A stretch of 61,786 nt of DNA. Origin: Verrucomicrobiota bacterium. Its GTDB lineage: Bacteria; Verrucomicrobiota; Verrucomicrobiia; Verrucomicrobiales; Akkermansiaceae. Made by a program: the position numbers and the translations under genes. The notes beneath the pieces were generated by a model. That model saw only the letters and a program-made list of their open reading frames with translations, had not been told where the DNA came from and made no database searches. Location of the stretch: NCBI GenBank assembly GCA_037132955.1, contig JBAXPF010000001.1, positions 1 to 61,786 on the forward strand, written 5' to 3'. Each line of letters starts with the position of its first letter. The first letter of the stretch is position 1. This document shows positions 19,033 to 27,994 of this stretch, piece after piece.

Positions 19033-20346
19033 ATGTCACTCGTCACCCAAGTGCGCAATGCCGGCGTCGTCGGCGCCGGCGGCGGCGGCTTTCCCGCCCA
19101 TGTGAAATTGGCCGCCAAGGCCGACACCGTAATTGCCAACGGCGCGGAATGTGAACCGCTGTTGCACAAGGACGCCGCGGTGCTGCAACACCGCGCCGCC
19201 GAAGTGGTGCGCGGCATCCTGCTGTGCGCCGATGCCGTGGGGGCCAGCGACGCGGTCATCGCCATCAAGGCCAAGAAAAAGCTCGCGGTGGCTGCCGCCC
19301 AAGCCGCCTGCGCCGGCACCCGGGCACGGGTCCACTTGTTAGATGACTACTATCCCGCCGGGGACGAATACGATTTGGTCTACTCGGTCACCGGCCGCCT
19401 GATCCCGCCCGCTGGCCTGCCCGTCCATGTGGGAGTGGTGGTGCAGAATGTGGAGACCCTCGCCAACATCGCGGCCGCTGCCGAAGGCCGCCCGGTCATC
19501 CGCAAGACCCTCACGATCGCCGGCGCGGTGCGCGAACCGGCAACCTTCATCGTCCCGCTCGGCATTTCGTTGCGCGAGTGCATCGCCGCTGCCGGCGGCG
19601 CCACGGTAGATCATCCGATGCTCGCCATCGGTGGCATGATGATGGGTGAAACCACCGACGATTTGGATCGCCCTGTGACCAAAACCACCGCCGGCGTGAT
19701 CGTCCTGCCACGCGACCATCATGTGATGGAACGCAAGCTCAAGCCCCCGCACCAACAGGCCGCCATCGGCAAGTCCGCCTGCGACCAGTGCCGCTATTGC
19801 ACCGAGTTCTGCCCGCGGTTTTTGTTAGGTTACGCGGTCGAACCCCACCAGGTGATGCGCTCGCTGGGCTTCACCGCCACCGGCTCGGACCGCTTCAGTG
19901 AATGGGCGGGTCTGTGTTGCTCCTGCGGCCTGTGCACCCTCTACGCCTGCCCGGAAGAACTCTATCCGAAGGAGGCCTGCGACAACTCGAAAGCCGTCCT
20001 GCGCACCAACGGCTGGAAATGGACCGGCGCCACGAGCGTCGAGGCCCATCCGCTGCGCGACGGGCGCCGCGTCCCTATCAAAAGCCTCATGCGGCGCCTC
20101 GGCATCGACCGCTACGACCATCCGGCACCGCTGCGGGAAGGTGTTCTAACCACCGAACGCGCCGTCCTGCCGCTCAAACAACACGCGGGCGCCCCTGCCA
20201 TCGCCAAGGTCGAGGCCGGCCAAACGGTGACCGCCGGCCAAGTGCTGGCTGAACCCGCGCCCAACGCCCTCGGCGCAATCCTGCACGCCCCCATCGCCGC
20301 CACCATCGAAGCCGTCACCGAACACGCCATCATCCTCCGCGCATGA
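19033..20346 (+). CDS. pduS: PduS-like (RnfC/NuoF-related) FMN/Fe-S oxidoreductase
   Basis: AGVVGAGGGGFPAHVKL, NGAECEPLL, YPAGDE, SLBB region, CDQCRYCTEFCP, CCSCGLCTLYACP; the LKQHAGAPA barrel-sandwich is C-terminal as in PduS. Confidence 0.88.
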   Translation: MSLVTQVRNAGVVGAGGGGFPAHVKLAAKADTVIANGAECEPLLHKDAAVLQHRAAEVVRGILLCADAVGASDAVIAIKAKKKLAVAAAQAACAGTRARVHLLDDYYPAGDEYDLVYSVTGRLIPPAGLPVHVGVVVQNVETLANIAAAAEGRPVIRKTLTIAGAVREPATFIVPLGISLRECIAAAGGATVDHPMLAIGGMMMGETTDDLDRPVTKTTAGVIVLPRDHHVMERKLKPPHQQAAIGKSACDQCRYCTEFCPRFLLGYAVEPHQVMRSLGFTATGSDRFSEWAGLCCSCGLCTLYACPEELYPKEACDNSKAVLRTNGWKWTGATSVEAHPLRDGRRVPIKSLMRRLGIDRYDHPAPLREGVLTTERAVLPLKQHAGAPAIAKVEAGQTVTAGQVLAEPAPNALGAILHAPIAATIEAVTEHAIILRA

Positions 20347-20447
20347 GACGCAAGACTGCAAGACACAAGAGGCAAGAGAAGAAGCCCGGTGCCGCATCTG
20401 CTCTTTTGTTTGTCTTGGGTCTTCAAGTCTTGAGTCTTGCGTCTCAT
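20343..20447. repeat. Inverted repeat built from CAAGA-core 7/8-mer units
   Basis: ATGAGACGCAAGACT (20343-20357) / AGTCTTGCGTCTCAT (20433-20447), with inner CAAGA and TCTTG arrays. Confidence 0.85.
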
Positions 20448-20500
20448 TTGCCGTTTCGAAATTGGAATTTAAGATTGCGAATTTTCATCCCCACCTCTCC

Positions 20501-21052
20501 ATGAACGACCGCGCCATTGGACTCATCGAACTCACCAGCATCGCCGCCGGCTTTCTCGTCGCCGACACCATGCTCAAGTCATCTAACGTAAAGCTGCTTC
20601 TGTCGCGGTCGATTTGCTCCGGCAAATACATGGTCATGATCGGCGGCGATGTGGCGGCTGTGGGCGCCGCAGTGCATGCCGGATGCACCGCCGCCAAGGG
20701 CTGCCTGATCGACCAATTTGTCATTCCCAAGGTCCACCCCGACGTCTTTGCGGCGTTGTGCCGCACGCAGCCGGGCGAGCCGACCGGTGCCTTGGGCATC
20801 CTCGAATCATTCAACGTCGCCAACCTGATAGAGGCGGCGGACACCGCCGTCAAGGCCGCCAACGTCTCGTTGTTAGAAATCCGGCTGGCCATGGCCCTCG
20901 GCGGCAAGGCCTTTGCCACCCTCACCGGCGATGTGTCCTCGGTGCAAGCCGCCATTGACGCCGGCCGCGAGGTGATTGCGCAAGCCGGTCTGCTGGTCAA
21001 TGCGGTGGTCATTCCGCGGCCCCACCCGGATGTCTATCGCGAACTGATCTGA
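20501..21052 (+). CDS. pduT: Tandem-domain BMC shell protein, PduT-like
   Basis: AIGLIELTSIAAG..ADTMLKSSNV..SICSGKY..GGDVAAV; second domain ALGILE..AADTAVKAANV..IRLAMALGGK..TGDVSSV..VIPRPH. Confidence 0.92.
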   Translation: MNDRAIGLIELTSIAAGFLVADTMLKSSNVKLLLSRSICSGKYMVMIGGDVAAVGAAVHAGCTAAKGCLIDQFVIPKVHPDVFAALCRTQPGEPTGALGILESFNVANLIEAADTAVKAANVSLLEIRLAMALGGKAFATLTGDVSSVQAAIDAGREVIAQAGLLVNAVVIPRPHPDVYRELI

Positions 21053-22035
21053 AGCAACGCATCGGCGCGCATGCGGTGGATGTCGGCAGGTTCCAACGCG
21101 AGATTGGCGGCGGCGGCATTATCGGCCAACTGGCTGAGCGTGCGGGTGCCGCACAAGACATGGGTGACGCCGGGTTGGGCGGCGGTCCAGGCGATCACGA
21201 GTTGGGAGAGAGTGCAGTTGTATTTTGCTAACAGGTCCTGCCAGGACGCGAGCATCTGGAGCACGCGGCTGCGGTTGGATGGGCTGAACCACGGGTTCCA
21301 GGCGTCGTTGCTGCGGAATTCATCGGCGCGAAACACGCGGTCCATACCGACCTTGCCGGTCAGCAGTCCCTGTTCCAGCGACATGTAGGTGAGGGTGGCC
21401 AGTTGCTTGTCGGCGCAACAGGGCAGGATGTCGTTTTCGGCATCGCGGCAAAGCATGGAATAGCGGAACTGATTGCTCACGATCGGCCCGCATGCGAGAT
21501 ATTCCTGCAACTCGTCGAGCGCCACATTGCAGACACCGATCTCACGGATTTTTCCCTGAGCCTTGAGATTGAGCAGGCAGGCCATGGTGTCTTCGACGGG
21601 AGTCTTTTCCGGCGGCATCGCCGGCCAATGCGTCTGATAGAGGTCGATATAGTCGGTGCCCAGTCGGCGCAGGCTGTTTTCGACTTCGATCTGCAAGGTC
21701 TCCGGGCGCAGGCAGCGATACATTGGCTTGCCGTCGAAATCGGCAAAGAACGAGCCGCGCGGGTCTTCCCACCACAGGCCGCACTTGGTGGCGATGAGCG
21801 CCTGCTCGCGACGACCTTTGAGGGCCTTGCCGACAACCGTCTCGCTGCGGCCCCAGCCGTAGACCGGCGCGGTGTCTATCAAATTGATGCCGAGATCGAG
21901 GGCGGTCTGGATGAGGCGGATGGATTCCGCGTCATCCGGGTTGTCGCCCCAGGTGGTGCCGCCACCCATGACCCAGGTGCCGAGAGCAATGGTGGAGGCG
22001 TTGATGCCGGATTGGCCGAGAGGTTTGTATTGCAT
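21034..22035 (-). CDS. Aldo/keto reductase
   Basis: IALGTW, GINLIDTAPVYG, ATKCG, SLRRLGTDYIDLYQTHWP and GKIREIGVCN. Confidence 0.92.
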   Translation of the reverse strand: MQYKPLGQSGINASTIALGTWVMGGGTTWGDNPDDAESIRLIQTALDLGINLIDTAPVYGWGRSETVVGKALKGRREQALIATKCGLWWEDPRGSFFADFDGKPMYRCLRPETLQIEVENSLRRLGTDYIDLYQTHWPAMPPEKTPVEDTMACLLNLKAQGKIREIGVCNVALDELQEYLACGPIVSNQFRYSMLCRDAENDILPCCADKQLATLTYMSLEQGLLTGKVGMDRVFRADEFRSNDAWNPWFSPSNRSRVLQMLASWQDLLAKYNCTLSQLVIAWTAAQPGVTHVLCGTRTLSQLADNAAAANLALEPADIHRMRADALLQISSR

Positions 22036-22057
22036 GGGATGAGGGGTTGGTTTTGAG

Positions 22058-22900
22058 TTACAGTCCGAGTTTGCGGATGAACTCCGCGTTGCGGCGGCAA
22101 TCGGCCTCGGCATTCTGCGAGGGATTGGCCGTTTCCAACACAATCCATCCCTGATATCCGATGGCTTTGATGGCCTCGGCCACCGGCTCCATTTTCACTT
22201 TGCCCTCGCCGAGGTAGTTAGGTCCGTCCTTGAAGTGAATCATGGCGAGGCGGCCCTTGAGGGCGCGCAGGTCGGCCGGCACGTCGAAGCCGGCACCCGT
22301 CGAGTTGCCGATGTCATAGTATGCCCTGACCGCATCGCTGCCGACCCGGTCCAGCAACTCGATGTATTGTTTGGCTGTTAGAGAGCATTCGATGCCGAGG
22401 CAGACGCCGGCGGCCTGCGCCTTGGGAGCAAGTACTTTGAGGCGCGTGACGAGGGCTTCGAGCGCGTCCTGTTTCCAGTCGGTGCCATTGAGCAGGTGCG
22501 CCTGGCCGAAGAACGGCACGAGCATGCCGCTGGCACCAAGGTCCTGTGCGGCGGCGATGCTTTGTTCCACCCACGCGGGGGCCAGCGGATCGCTGAACAG
22601 CGGATGGCTGTTGAGCAAATCCAAGGACAATGAACTGGTGACCAGTCCGCTGCTTTGCATGCCGTCCTTGAGTTTCTGCCGCGCCACGGGATCGGCGATG
22701 GAAAGTTTTTCCGCAGGTCCGCCGACACCGAGTTCAAGACCGTCCATGCCAGCCCGCTTGGCCGCCGCGAAGTCATTGCCGAACTGGCGCGCGCCAATGC
22801 GGATTGGGGTAGCGGGGGTGGCGGCATGAAGCCGGGACAGCAGCGTGGTGGCTGTTAGAACAGCCGCCCCGTGTTGGAGGAAGTTGCGTCGGGTTTGCAT
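22058..22900 (-). CDS. Tat-exported sugar phosphate isomerase/epimerase (AP endonuclease 2 TIM barrel)
   Basis: TRRNFL Tat motif; LGIE, YYDIGN, IHFKD and GYQGWIVLE. Confidence 0.85.
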   Translation of the reverse strand: MQTRRNFLQHGAAVLTATTLLSRLHAATPATPIRIGARQFGNDFAAAKRAGMDGLELGVGGPAEKLSIADPVARQKLKDGMQSSGLVTSSLSLDLLNSHPLFSDPLAPAWVEQSIAAAQDLGASGMLVPFFGQAHLLNGTDWKQDALEALVTRLKVLAPKAQAAGVCLGIECSLTAKQYIELLDRVGSDAVRAYYDIGNSTGAGFDVPADLRALKGRLAMIHFKDGPNYLGEGKVKMEPVAEAIKAIGYQGWIVLETANPSQNAEADCRRNAEFIRKLGL

Positions 22901-22998
22901 GGGAGTATTGGTTGGTGTGTTGGTGGGATTGCATTGGCAACATCCTAACGCGGGAATTACCGGGAAACGTGGATTCTGAAGGTGAATTGGGTATAATA

Positions 22999-23174
22999 AA
23001 CCACTGAAAGAACTGATATCACTGAGAGCACTGAAAAAGAAATGCATTGTGAGATCTTGAATATGAAGGGGAGAAAATTTCTCGTGTTTTCATCTTGAAA
23101 TCAGTGGTATCAGTGGATCTCAGTGGTATCAGTGGTATCAGTGGTATCAGTGGATCTCAGTGCCTTCAGTGGTT
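22999..23174. repeat. Inverted pair of 9-10-bp tandem arrays (CACTGA / TCAGTG core)
   Basis: Four ACTGA-core units at 23001-23036 and eight TCAGTG units at 23101-23174; perfect outer inverted repeat AACCACTGAA/TTCAGTGGTT. Confidence 0.9.
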
Positions 23175-23222
23175 CCAGAAACCAAAATAACCAAGACAAT
23201 TTTCCTTTCAAGGCTTAAGACA

Positions 23223-24557
23223 TCACACTTGCCACGGCTCGCGCATCGCACGGGTGCGCAGGCGGTTGGCCTCGGCGTCGCCGACGAACTCCTCTTTAAC
23301 CGGATCCCATTTCAGGTCACGTTTCAAGTCGAGGCAGATGTCCATGATGAGGTTGGTGGTCATGGTGCGGTGAGCCACCACGGCGCTGGTCACGGGAGTG
23401 CGGCGGGTCCTCACGCAGTTGAGGAAGTCGCGCAAATGATTGAGCGGGCGCTGGGTGCGGGTGGTGTAATCCTGCAATAATTTTTTGGATTCACGCAACA
23501 GCTGCGGTGAGGAAACATCGGGCTTCTCATAGCCATCGGCGGTGGCCACCCAGCCATCCGTTCCCTCATATTTGACCCCGCAGGAACCCCGCCAGCCATC
23601 GCAGCGGGCCACCAGCTTGACGCCGTTGGCAAAATGCACCGTCATGCCGGCACCTTTCAAATCCTTGGGAAATTCATAGGTGACCGGTGAGGTGTCGGCC
23701 AGCCCGAGGGCGAGCTGGCATTGCAGGATCGTATGAGACCCCCACTGCGGAATGCCGCCGGCAAAATCATACTGGGTATACCAGCCGGGAGTCGGCCACG
23801 GGCCGAGAAACTTGCCATTGTAAGGCCGCCACGGGCTCGGCCCGAGCCACAGGTCCCAATCCAACACTTCCTTGGCAGGTTCGGGTTGGGGCGGCAACAC
23901 GGCATTGACCCGCGGCCAATCGGGCAGAAAGCCGAGGTGGGCATAGACGGTGTGGATTTTGCCCAGCTGGCCGAGTCGCGCCAACTCGCCCGCGACAATG
24001 AAATTCGCCTCACTCGCACGCTGGGCGCCGGTCTGGAACACCCGCCCATAGCGTTGGGTGGCGGCCACCAGTGCCTGGCCTTGGGCAATGGTGAGCGCGC
24101 CGGGCTTTTCGCAATACACATCCTTGCCGGCCTGCATGGATAGAATCGACGCCGGGGTGTGCCAGCGGTCGCCGGTAGCGATCAGCATGGCATCGATGTC
24201 AGTCCGCTCGGCCAACAATTCGCGCATGTCCACGTAGGCCGCGCAGTCCTTGTTGTTATACTTGCCGTTGACGGCGTTTTTGGCGTTTTCACGGTTGCGT
24301 TGCTGCACGTCGCAGACGGCGACGAACTGCACGTCGGCCTCACCTAACAGCCATCCGAGGTCGCCGGAGCCGCGGCCGCCGAGGCCGATGGCGCCCATCA
24401 CGATGCGCTCGCTCGGCGCCACCGCGCCGCCGCGGCCCAGCGCCGAAGCCGGAATGATGTTAGGAACCGCAAAGGCGGTGCTGGCGGCAAGGCTGCGCGT
24501 GAGGAACTGGCGCCGGCTCAGCGGCGTGCCCGACGTTGGAAGGTTGGTCTGGTTCAT
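23223..24557 (-). CDS. Tat-exported Gfo/Idh/MocA oxidoreductase
   Basis: SRRQFL, IGLGGRG, VAVCDV, IATGDRWH, KDVYCEKP and WDLWLGPSP. Confidence 0.92.
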   Translation of the reverse strand: MNQTNLPTSGTPLSRRQFLTRSLAASTAFAVPNIIPASALGRGGAVAPSERIVMGAIGLGGRGSGDLGWLLGEADVQFVAVCDVQQRNRENAKNAVNGKYNNKDCAAYVDMRELLAERTDIDAMLIATGDRWHTPASILSMQAGKDVYCEKPGALTIAQGQALVAATQRYGRVFQTGAQRASEANFIVAGELARLGQLGKIHTVYAHLGFLPDWPRVNAVLPPQPEPAKEVLDWDLWLGPSPWRPYNGKFLGPWPTPGWYTQYDFAGGIPQWGSHTILQCQLALGLADTSPVTYEFPKDLKGAGMTVHFANGVKLVARCDGWRGSCGVKYEGTDGWVATADGYEKPDVSSPQLLRESKKLLQDYTTRTQRPLNHLRDFLNCVRTRRTPVTSAVVAHRTMTTNLIMDICLDLKRDLKWDPVKEEFVGDAEANRLRTRAMREPWQV

Positions 24558-24601
24558 GGCGAGGGTTGGTTGCAAGTTGGCCTGTGCGGATTACAAGCAT
24601 C

Positions 24602-26557
24602 CTACTTTTCATTTTCCATCGCCTTCAACAATTCCTGTGCGCGCTTGACGACGGCGGGATTGTCGGCGGCGACAATGACCCCTTTTTCAAGGGCGGCTCT
24701 GGTGATGGCGACATGTTGGTTTGGCGCGCGCTTTTCGGCAATGGCCATGACGGTGGCCACGGCTTCACGTTTCACGGCAGGCTCATCCAGATACGCCACA
24801 ATCAGGTTCAGGGATTCGGCGTTGGTTAGATTGGAGAGTGCCGCCAGCAACAACAGTTTTTCCTCATTGCGCTGGATCATGGGCGCGGCCTCACGGCAGA
24901 TGGCCAGCTTCGCGTCCGCCGCCATGTCCTTGCGTGCCGCCATGCCCAGATAGCCGCGCAGGCTCAGGATCTTGTCCACCGGCGTGGTGGAGGTCTTGGC
25001 CAGCTCCAGCAGCACGGGTGCGGCATCAGCGGTCTTCCACTCGCTGATGGCCCGGATGGCCGCGGTGTGGACATCCTTGTTAGAATCCGCCACGGCGCCG
25101 CGTACCGCCTTGAGCGCGTCGGCACCACCGGCCACCCGCAGGGTATTGAGCAACGCCTGTTTTGCCTCGGGAGAGGCCTTGGCCAGGGCCGCGATAAGCT
25201 GTGGCACGCATGCCTGCGCTTGCTTGGCATCCCCGCAAATGGAGGCAAGTGCTTTCTCAAGCGCGCTGATTTCCGCGGCGTTGGTGGCTTTGACGAGTTT
25301 GTCGAGCAAGCCGGCCAGTTCGGCCTCGCCGGCCAGCTCCGCATAACTCCTGACGGCGGCCGATTTCACCTCCGCATTCTTGTCGTCCATGAGCTTGAGG
25401 ATCTGCGGCACCGCGGTGACGATCCGCCGTTGGCGCACCATGTCCAACATTTTCAACTGCAGCGTGGGGTCCGGAGCATCCAACATCTTGACCACGCACG
25501 CATCCACTGCGGTGCCCGGCATGCCGGAGATACCGGTGGCTGCCGCTTGCGCGACCTCCGCGTCCGGGTCCTTGAGCAACTCGATGAACGGCGCGGCGGC
25601 ACCCGCATCGCCAATCTCGGTGGCGGCCCGGATCGCGGCAATGCGCGCCGCCTTGTCCCCGGCCTTGGCCAGACCTAACAAGGATGGCAGGGCCGCGGCG
25701 TCGCCGCGCTTGCCCAGCACATTGCACAGCATCATCTGGAGCGCGGCGGGAGCCTTGCCAAGCTCGGCAGCCAGCAACTTCGACGTCTCTTTCATTTTCA
25801 TTTCAATGGCGATGCGCTCGGCGGCCGTCACCAAGCCGGGGTCGGCACTGCGGAAGGCCTCCAACAACAAGGCCAGACCGCCCTCCTTCCGCGCGAGAAT
25901 GGCACCACGCCAAGCACCCGCCAGCACCTGGTGCGGGGCCTGCGGCAATTTGCGCAGCGAGTCATAGATGGCGATGGCTTGGTCCTCGGTCTGTGCTTTG
26001 TTTGTGAGTGCCTCGGCACAGCGGAAGAGTCCCTCGCAAAGGGCAAGCTGGTTAGGCCCGGAGGTCCCGGCCAGCGCGGCCGTCAAGGCTTTTGCGGCCT
26101 CGGCTGTGCCGATCTTGCCCAAGGCGCGCGCGGCGGCCTGCATGACCTCGGCGTCGGAATCTTTGAGAAGCCCGACCAGGGCGCTCACCGCCTTTTCGTC
26201 GTGGCGCACGCCGATGCTGCCGATCACGCCAACCAGGAGGCGCCCCTTGAACTTGCCGAGAGCGTTACGCAACGCCTCATCCGCCGCCGGTCCCGGCACC
26301 GTCTCCAAGCCGTAGCGCGCCATGTGGGCCAGCTTTTCATCGGCCAGCATGGCGGCCAGCGCGGGCACGGAGTCCGTCGTGCCGATGCGGGCGAGTTCGC
26401 GGCAGGCGTCGGCCTTGGCATTGAATTCCGCGGTGGATTGCAGCACGGCGATGAGCTTGGCCTCCTGCTCCTTGGTCGGGGTTTGCCCGAAGGATGAATG
26501 AACCCCACCGCACATGAGTGCGGCAATGAGCGTGAGTTTGATTTTTGATAGTTGCAT
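24602..26557 (-). CDS. Secreted HEAT-repeat protein
   Basis: Signal peptide; repeated LLKD.D.EV..AAARALG HEAT units. Confidence 0.85.
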   Translation of the reverse strand: MQLSKIKLTLIAALMCGGVHSSFGQTPTKEQEAKLIAVLQSTAEFNAKADACRELARIGTTDSVPALAAMLADEKLAHMARYGLETVPGPAADEALRNALGKFKGRLLVGVIGSIGVRHDEKAVSALVGLLKDSDAEVMQAAARALGKIGTAEAAKALTAALAGTSGPNQLALCEGLFRCAEALTNKAQTEDQAIAIYDSLRKLPQAPHQVLAGAWRGAILARKEGGLALLLEAFRSADPGLVTAAERIAIEMKMKETSKLLAAELGKAPAALQMMLCNVLGKRGDAAALPSLLGLAKAGDKAARIAAIRAATEIGDAGAAAPFIELLKDPDAEVAQAAATGISGMPGTAVDACVVKMLDAPDPTLQLKMLDMVRQRRIVTAVPQILKLMDDKNAEVKSAAVRSYAELAGEAELAGLLDKLVKATNAAEISALEKALASICGDAKQAQACVPQLIAALAKASPEAKQALLNTLRVAGGADALKAVRGAVADSNKDVHTAAIRAISEWKTADAAPVLLELAKTSTTPVDKILSLRGYLGMAARKDMAADAKLAICREAAPMIQRNEEKLLLLAALSNLTNAESLNLIVAYLDEPAVKREAVATVMAIAEKRAPNQHVAITRAALEKGVIVAADNPAVVKRAQELLKAMENEK

Positions 26558-26589
26558 GAGCGTGGTTTTTCAGGGTGTAAAATAATTCA

Positions 26590-27915
26590 TTAGATGATCC
26601 ATGGTTCGCGCATGGCGCGCGAGCGCAGGCGATTGGCTTCCGCGTCATTGACGAACTCCTCCTTGACGGGGTCATACTTCATGTCCCGCTTGAGCCACAT
26701 GCAGATGTTGGCCGCATGGACGGTGGACATCGAGCGGTGCATGACATCGGCATTGGCCACGGTCTGGCGGCGCGTTCGCATGCAATTGAAGAAATCACGC
26801 ACGTGGTTCATCGGTCGCTGCGTGCGGGCCATGTATTCGGTCATCACTTTTTTGAAATCGGCGAGCAAGGCGGGCGATGACGCCTCCGTTTTTGTATAGT
26901 CGTCGGCCGCGCCAATCCAGCCTTCCGGGCCTTCAAAGCGCTCACCGCATGAGCCGTGCCAGTATTTGTTGCCGCGGGACAGGACCATCTTCACGCCATT
27001 GGCAAACGTGGCCACCATGCCGTCGCCGGTCGGGTTGTCCACATACTTGTAATCGACCGGCGAGGTGTCCAAGGCATCGATGCCGGCCTGCGCCTGGGCA
27101 AAGGTATGGGCGCCCCATTCGCCAATGCAACTGGTATGGAAATCGTAGTAGCCGCGCCAGCCGCCGCTTACATAACTCGGATCGTAAGGGCGCCACGGGC
27201 AGGGGCCGAGCCAGGCGTCCCAATCCACAACCTCTTTGTCAGGCTCGGGTCGCCCCGGCTTTCTATCATAACTCATGATGGCGGCATCCCACGGCGCGAT
27301 GTGTGCATAGGCGGTGTGCACCTTGCCGAGACGGCCGGAGCGCGCGGTCTCGATGGCAAACACATGATTGGCCTCGCTGAGCCGTTGGGTTCCCGTCTGG
27401 TAAACCCGGCCGTATTTGCGTGCGGTCTCCACCACCGCCTGACCCTCGGCAATCGTCATGCTCGACGGCTTTTCGGAATAGACATCCTTGCCGGCGCGCA
27501 TAGCCAGGGTGGAGGCGAGTGCATGCCAGTGGTCGCCGGTGGCTATCAGCACGCCGTCAATGTCGGTGCGCTCCGCCAGGAATTCACGGATGTCCCGGTG
27601 CATCGTGCAATCCTTGGTGCCATATTTGTTGTCAATGGTCTGTTTGACGGCTTCCCGCCGCTCTTTCCTGACGTCACAGATGGCGACAAACTGGACATCG
27701 GGCTCACCCATCATCCAGTTCAAGTCATGACTGCCGCGGCCGCCGATGCCAATGCCTGCCATCACGATGCGCTCACTGGGAGCCACGGCCCCGCCCCTGC
27801 CCAGCGCCGATGCGGGGATGATCCATGGAATGGCGAATACACTGCTGGCTGCCGCACTTCCCTTCAGAAATTGCCGGCGTGATAGAGAGGGGGTTGCGGG
27901 GGGATCGTTGTTCAT
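26590..27915 (-). CDS. Tat-exported Gfo/Idh/MocA oxidoreductase (paralog of 23223-24557)
   Basis: SRRQFL, IGIGGRG, KDVYSEKP; shares IIPASALGRGGAVAPSERIVM and EANRLR.RAMREPW with the paralog. Confidence 0.92.
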   Translation of the reverse strand: MNNDPPATPSLSRRQFLKGSAAASSVFAIPWIIPASALGRGGAVAPSERIVMAGIGIGGRGSHDLNWMMGEPDVQFVAICDVRKERREAVKQTIDNKYGTKDCTMHRDIREFLAERTDIDGVLIATGDHWHALASTLAMRAGKDVYSEKPSSMTIAEGQAVVETARKYGRVYQTGTQRLSEANHVFAIETARSGRLGKVHTAYAHIAPWDAAIMSYDRKPGRPEPDKEVVDWDAWLGPCPWRPYDPSYVSGGWRGYYDFHTSCIGEWGAHTFAQAQAGIDALDTSPVDYKYVDNPTGDGMVATFANGVKMVLSRGNKYWHGSCGERFEGPEGWIGAADDYTKTEASSPALLADFKKVMTEYMARTQRPMNHVRDFFNCMRTRRQTVANADVMHRSMSTVHAANICMWLKRDMKYDPVKEEFVNDAEANRLRSRAMREPWII

Positions 27916-27994
27916 GGGTTGCTTGGTGTGAATATGTTAGTAATCCGACAGGACGTCCGGGGTCACAAAACCTAAGGAATTTATCGGCGGGCGA

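Noticed and set aside
19033-20346. RnfC of an Rnf complex
   Set aside because: No rnfABDEG nearby; the barrel-sandwich domain is C-terminal and the gene is paired with pduT, as in PduS
23101-23174. Possible CRISPR array
   Set aside because: Units are 9-10 bp and contiguous with no unique spacers; no cas genes in the window
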